Positions 58,401-64,000 of a stretch of 64,000 bases of DNA are shown here, piece by piece. Source of the DNA: Auanema rhodensis. Lineage: Eukaryota > Animalia > Nematoda. Both the position numbers and the translations under genes were made by a program. The notes below the pieces were generated by a model. That model was given only the letters and a program-made list of their open reading frames with translations, was not told where the DNA came from and ran no database searches. Within the stretch, counting starts at the first letter, position 1; every line of letters starts with the position of its first letter. The stretch is taken from contig OZ059898.1 of assembly GCA_964057225.1 (NCBI GenBank), positions 3,286,001-3,350,000 on the forward strand, in the 5' to 3' direction.

Positions 58401-61400
58401 AGCAATGTTGAGTGTACATGGAAACTCAACATACACTAATGCATCATTTTTCAAACGATCATAACTAATTTTTGTATCAAGCGTTTCTCAATGTAGTATA
58501 GTGCATTCGATGCGGAATTTTAAGCTGCGTCGATCTGTGTTATCAGATTTGCGCTAGCTTAAAAATGCACCGAGATATCAACTGATATAAGTTCACACTT
58601 ATATCCTCGATTTTCACCCTGAAGAAATAATTTTTTCGTTGAATAACATTGTCCATCGTCTTTGCCTTGAAAAAAGGAATCTAAAAACATCTACTTTTTG
58701 CTAAATTATTTTGAAATTTTTCGAAAAAATTTTTGTCAAAATGTTTTTGGAAGCAATATTGAGTGTACATGGAAACTCAACATACACTAATGCATCATTT
58801 TTCAAACGATCATAACTAATTTGTGTATTAAGCGTTTCTCAATGTAGTATAGTGCATTTGATGCGGATTTTTAAGCTGCGTCGATCTGTGTGATCAGATT
58901 TACGCTAGCTTAAAAATGCACCGAGATATCAACTGATATAAGTTCACACTTATATCCTCTATTTTCACCCTAAAGAATTAATTTTTTCGTTGAATAACAT
59001 TGTCTATCGTCTTTGCCTTGAAAAATGGAATCTAAAAACATCTACTTTTTGCTAAATTCTTTTGAAATTTTTTGAAAAAATTTTTGTCAAAATGTTTTTG
59101 GAAGCAATGTTGAGTGTACATGGAAACTCAACATACACTAATGCATCATTTTTCAAACGATCATAACTAATTTTTGTATCAAGCGTTTCTCAATGTAGTA
59201 TAGTGCATTCGATGCGGATTTTTAAGCTGCGTCGATCTGTGTTATCAGATTTGCGCTAGCTTAAAAATGCACCGAGATATCAACTGATATAAGTTCACAC
59301 TTATATCCTCGATTTTCACCCTGAAGAAATAATTTTTTCGTTGAATAACATTGTCCATCGTCTTTGCCTTGAAAAAAGGAATCTAAAAAATCTACTTTTT
59401 GCTAAATTATTTTGAAATTTTTCGAAAAAATTTTTGTCAAAATGTTTTTGGAAGCAATGTTGAGTGTACATGGAAACTCAACATACACTAATGCATCATT
59501 TTTCAAACGATCATAACTAATTTTTGTATCAAGCGTTTCTCAATGTAGTATAGTGCATTCGATGCGGAATTTTAAGCTGCGTCGATCTGTGTTATCAGAT
59601 TTGCGCTAGCTTAAAAATGCACCGAGATATCAACTGATATAAGTTCACACTTATATCCTCGATTTTCACCCTGAAGAAATAATTTTTTCGTTGAATAACA
59701 TTGTCCATCGTCTTTGCCTTGAAAAATGGAATCTAAAAACATCTACTTTTTGCTAAATTCTTTTGAAATTTTTCGAAAAAATTTTTGTCAAAATGTTTTT
59801 GGAAGCAATGTTGAGTGTACATGGAAACTCAACATACACTAATGCATCATTTTTCAAACGATCATAACTAATTTTTGTATCAAGCGTTTCTCAATGTAGT
59901 ATAGTGCATTCGATGCGGATTTTTAAGCTGCGTCGATCTGTGTTATCAGATTTGCGCTAGCTTAAAAATGCACCGAGAAATCAACTGATATAGGTTCACA
60001 CTTATATCCTCGATTTTCACCCTGAAGAAATAATTTTTTCGTTGAATAACATTGTCCATCGTCTTTGCCTTAAAAAAAGGAATCTAAAAACATCTACTTT
60101 TTGCTAAATTATTTTGAAATTTTTCGAAAAAATTTTTGTCAAAATGTTTTTGGAAGCAATATTGAGTGTACATGGAAACTCAACATACACTAATGCATCA
60201 TTTTTCAAACGATCATAGCTAATTTTTGTATCAAGCGTTTCTCAATGTAGTATAGTGCATTCGATGCGGATTTTTAAGCTGCGTCGATCTGTGTTATCAG
60301 ATTTGCGCTAGCTTAAAAATGCACCGAGATATCAACTGATATAAGTTCACACTTATATCCTCGATTTTCACCCTGAAGAAATAATTTTTTCGTTGAATAA
60401 CATTGTCCATCGTCTTTGCCTTGAAAAATGGAATCTAAAAACATCTACTTTTTGCTAAATTCTTTTGAAATTTTTCGAAAAAATTTTTGTCAAAATGTTT
60501 TTGGAAGCAATGTTGAGTGTACATGGAAACTCAACATACACTAATGCATCATTTTTCAAACGATCATAACTAATTTTTGTATCAAGCGTTTCTCAATGTA
60601 GTATAGTGCATTCGATGCGGATTTTTAAGCTGCGTCGATCTGTGTTATCAGATTTGCGCTAGCTTAAAAATGCACCGAGATATCAACTGATATAAGTTCA
60701 CACTTATATCCTCGATTTTCACCCTGAAGAAATAATTTTTTCGTTGAATAACATTGTCCATCGTCTTTGCCTTGAAAAATGGAATCTAAAAACATCTACT
60801 TTTTGCTAAATTCTTTTGAAATTTTTCGAAAAAATTTTTGTCAAAATGTTTTTGGAAGCAATATTGAGTGTGCATGGAAACTCAACATACACCAATGCAT
60901 CATTTTTCAAACGATCATAACTAATTTTTGTATTAAGCGTTTCTCAATGTAGTAGAGTGCATTCGATGCGGATTTTTAAGCTGCGTCGATCTGTGTTATC
61001 AGATTTGCGCTAGCTTAAAAATGCACCGAGAAATCAACTGATATAAGTTCACACTTATATCCTCGATTTTCACCCTGAAGAAATAATTTTTTCGTTGAAT
61101 AACATTGTCCATCGTCTTTGCCTTGAAAAAAGGAATCTAAAAACATCTACTTTTTGCTAAATTATTTTGAAATTTTTCGAAAAAATTTTTGTCAAAATGT
61201 TTTTGGAAGCAATATTGAGTGTACATGGAAACTCAACATACACTAATGCATCATTTTTCAAACGATCATAACTAATTTGTGTATTAAGCGTTTCTCAATG
61301 TAGTATAGTGCATTTGATGCGGATTTTTAAGCTGCGTCGATCTGTGTGATCAGATTTACGCTAGCTTAGAAATGCACCGAGATATCAACTGATATAAGTT

Positions 61401-64000
61401 CACACTTATATCCTCGATTTTCACCCTAAAGAATTAATTTTTTCGTTGAATAACATTGTCTATCGTCTTTGCCTTGAAAAATGGAATCTAAAAACATCTA
61501 CTTTTTGCTAAATTCTTTTGAAATTTTTTGAAAAAATTTTTGTCAAAATGTTTTTGGAAGCAATGTTGAGTGTACATGGAAACTCAACATACACTAATGC
61601 ATCATTTTTCAAACGATCATAACTAATTTTTGTATCAAGCGTTTCTCAATGTAGTATAGTGCATTCAATGCGGATTTTTAAGCTGCGTCGATCTGTGTTA
61701 TCAGATTTGCGCTAGCTTAAAAATGCACCGAGATATCAACTGATATAAGTTCACACTTATATCCTCGATTTTCACCCTGAAGAAATAATTTTTTCGTTGA
61801 ATAACATTGTCCATCGTCTTCGCCTTGAAAAATGGAATCTAAAAACATCTACTTTTTGCTAATTTCTTTTGAAATTTTTCGAAAAAATTTTTGTCAAAAT
61901 GTTTTTGGAAGCAATGTTGAGTGTACATGGAAACTCAACATACACTAATGCATCATTTTTCAAACGATCATAACTAATTTTTGTATCAAGCGTTTCTCAA
62001 TGTAGTATAGTGCATTCGATGCGGATTTTTAAGCTGCGTCGATCTGTGTTATCAGATTTGCGCTAGCTTAAAAATGCACCGAGATATCAACTGATATAAG
62101 TTCACACTTATATCCTCGATTTTCACCCTAAAGAATTAATTTTTTCGTTGAATAACATTGTCTATCGTCTTTGCCTTGAAAAATGGAATCTAAAAACATC
62201 TACTTTTTGCTAAATTCTTTTGAAATTTTTCGAAAAAATTTTTGTCAAAATGTTTTTGGAAGCAATATTGAGTGTACATGGAAACTCAACATACACTAAT
62301 GCATCATTTTTCAAACGATCATAACTAATTTTTGTATCAAGCGTTTCTCAATGTAGTATAGTGCATTCGATGCGGATTTTTAAGCTGCGTCGATCTGTGT
62401 TATCAGATTTGCGCTAGCTTAAAAATGCACCGAGATATCAACTGATATAAGTTCACACTTATATCCTCGATTTTCACCCTGAAGAATTAATTTTCTCGTT
62501 GAATAACATTGTCCATCGTCTTTGCCTTGAAAAAAGGAATCTAAAAACATCTACTTTTTGCTAAATTATTTTGAAATTTTCCGAAAAAATTTTTGTCAAA
62601 ATGTTTTTGGAAGCAATGTTGAGTGTACATGGAAACTCAACATACACTAATGCATCATTTTTCAAACGATCATAACTAATTTTTGTATTAAGCGTTTTTC
62701 AATGTAGTATAGTGCATTCGATGCGGATTTTTAAGCTGCGTCGATCTGTGTTATCAGATTTGCGCTAGCTTAAAAATGCACCGAGATATCAACTGATATA
62801 AGTTCACACTTATATCCTCGATTTTCACCCTGAAGAATTAATTTTCTCGTTGAATAACATTGTCCATCGTCTTTGCCTTGAAAAAAGGAATCTAAAAACA
62901 TCTACTTTTTGCTAAATTATTTTGAAATTTTTCGAAAAAAGTTTTGTCAAAATGTTTTTGGAAGCAATGTTGAGTGTACATGGAAACTCAACATACACTA
63001 ATGCATCATTTTTCAAACGATCATAACTAATTTTTGTATTAAGCTTTTCTCAATGTAGTATAGTGCATTCGATGCGGATTTTCAAGCTGCGTCGATCTGT
63101 GTTATCAGATTTGCGCTAGCTTAAAAATGCACCGAGATATCAACTGATATAAGTTCACACTTATATCTTCGATTTTCACCCTGAAGAAATAATTTTTTCG
63201 TTGAATAACATTGTCCATCGTCTTTGCTTTGAAAAAAGGATTCTAAAAACATCTACTTTTTGCTAAATTATTTTGAAATTTTTCGAAAAAAGTTTTGTCA
63301 AAATGTTTTTGGAAGCAATGTTGAGTGTACATGGAAACTCAACATACACTAATGCATCATTTTTCAAACGATCATAACTAATTTTTGTATTAAGCTTTTC
63401 TCAATGTAGTATAGTGCATTCGATGCGGATTTTCAAGCTGCGTCGATCTGTGTTATCAGATTTGCGCTAGCTTAAAAATGCACCGAGATATCAACTGATA
63501 TAAGTTCACACTTATATCTTCGATTTTCACCCTGAAGAAATAATTTTTTCGTTGAATAACATTGTCCATCGTCTTTGCTTTGAAAAAAGGATTCTAAAAA
63601 CATCTACTTTTTGCTAAATTATTTTGAAATTTTTCGAAAAAAGTTTTGTCAAAATGTTTTTGGAAGCAATGTTGAGTGTACATGGAAACTCAACATACAC
63701 TAATGCATCATTTTTCAAACGATCATAACTAATTTTTGTATTAAGCTTTTCTCAATGTAGTATAGTGCATTCGATGCGGATTTTCAAGCTGCGTCGATCT
63801 GTGTTATCAGATTTGCGCTAGCTTAAAAATGCACCGAGATATCAACTGATACAAGTTCACACTTATATCCTCGATTTTCACCCTGAAGAATTAATTTTTT
63901 CGTTGAATAACATTGTCCATCGTCTTTGCCTTGAAAAAAGGAATCTAAAAACATCTACTTTTTGCTAAATTATTTTGAAATTTTCCGAAAAAATTTTTGT
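40406..64000. repeat. Tandem satellite DNA array, 351-bp monomer, ~67 copies (right arm, runs off the window end)
   Basis: Same monomer and orientation as the left arm. It resumes at ATCGTCTTTGCCTTG, in register with the point where the left arm stopped. Confidence 0.99.

Overview
Eukaryotic, AT-rich genomic window. About 48.6 kb of it is a homogeneous head-to-tail 351-bp satellite array (1..25021 and 40406..64000). One apparently intact 15,384-bp Maverick/Polinton (an endogenous virus-like DNA transposon) is inserted at 25022..40405. It has AG...CT termini, ~840-bp terminal inverted repeats (TIRs) and a perfect 6-bp target-site duplication (ATCGTC). It encodes a protein-primed family B polymerase that I reconstruct by hand as 14 exons and 13 introns (1369 aa). 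Twelve of these introns are 42-46 nt, one is GC-AG, and one splits the catalytic DTDS motif. The element also encodes a major capsid protein, a penton, a core/pVI-like protein, an adenain-like protease, a packaging ATPase, a chromodomain integrase, two conserved Polinton hypothetical proteins, a C2H2 zinc-finger protein and a small membrane protein. The ORF track captures only a fragment of a spliced 166-aa minus-strand gene next to the right TIR. That protein starts with a cyclin-type destruction box (RAVLADVTN), followed by CDK consensus sites and a Cys/His cluster, making it a candidate cell-cycle-coupled viral regulator. Introns occur only in the two TIR-proximal genes, and all three convergent gene junctions share a bidirectional AATAAA-N1-3-TTTATT signal. 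The very short introns suggest a nematode-like host, but this is inference. All splice models and family calls come from reading by eye and motif recognition; no searches were run.
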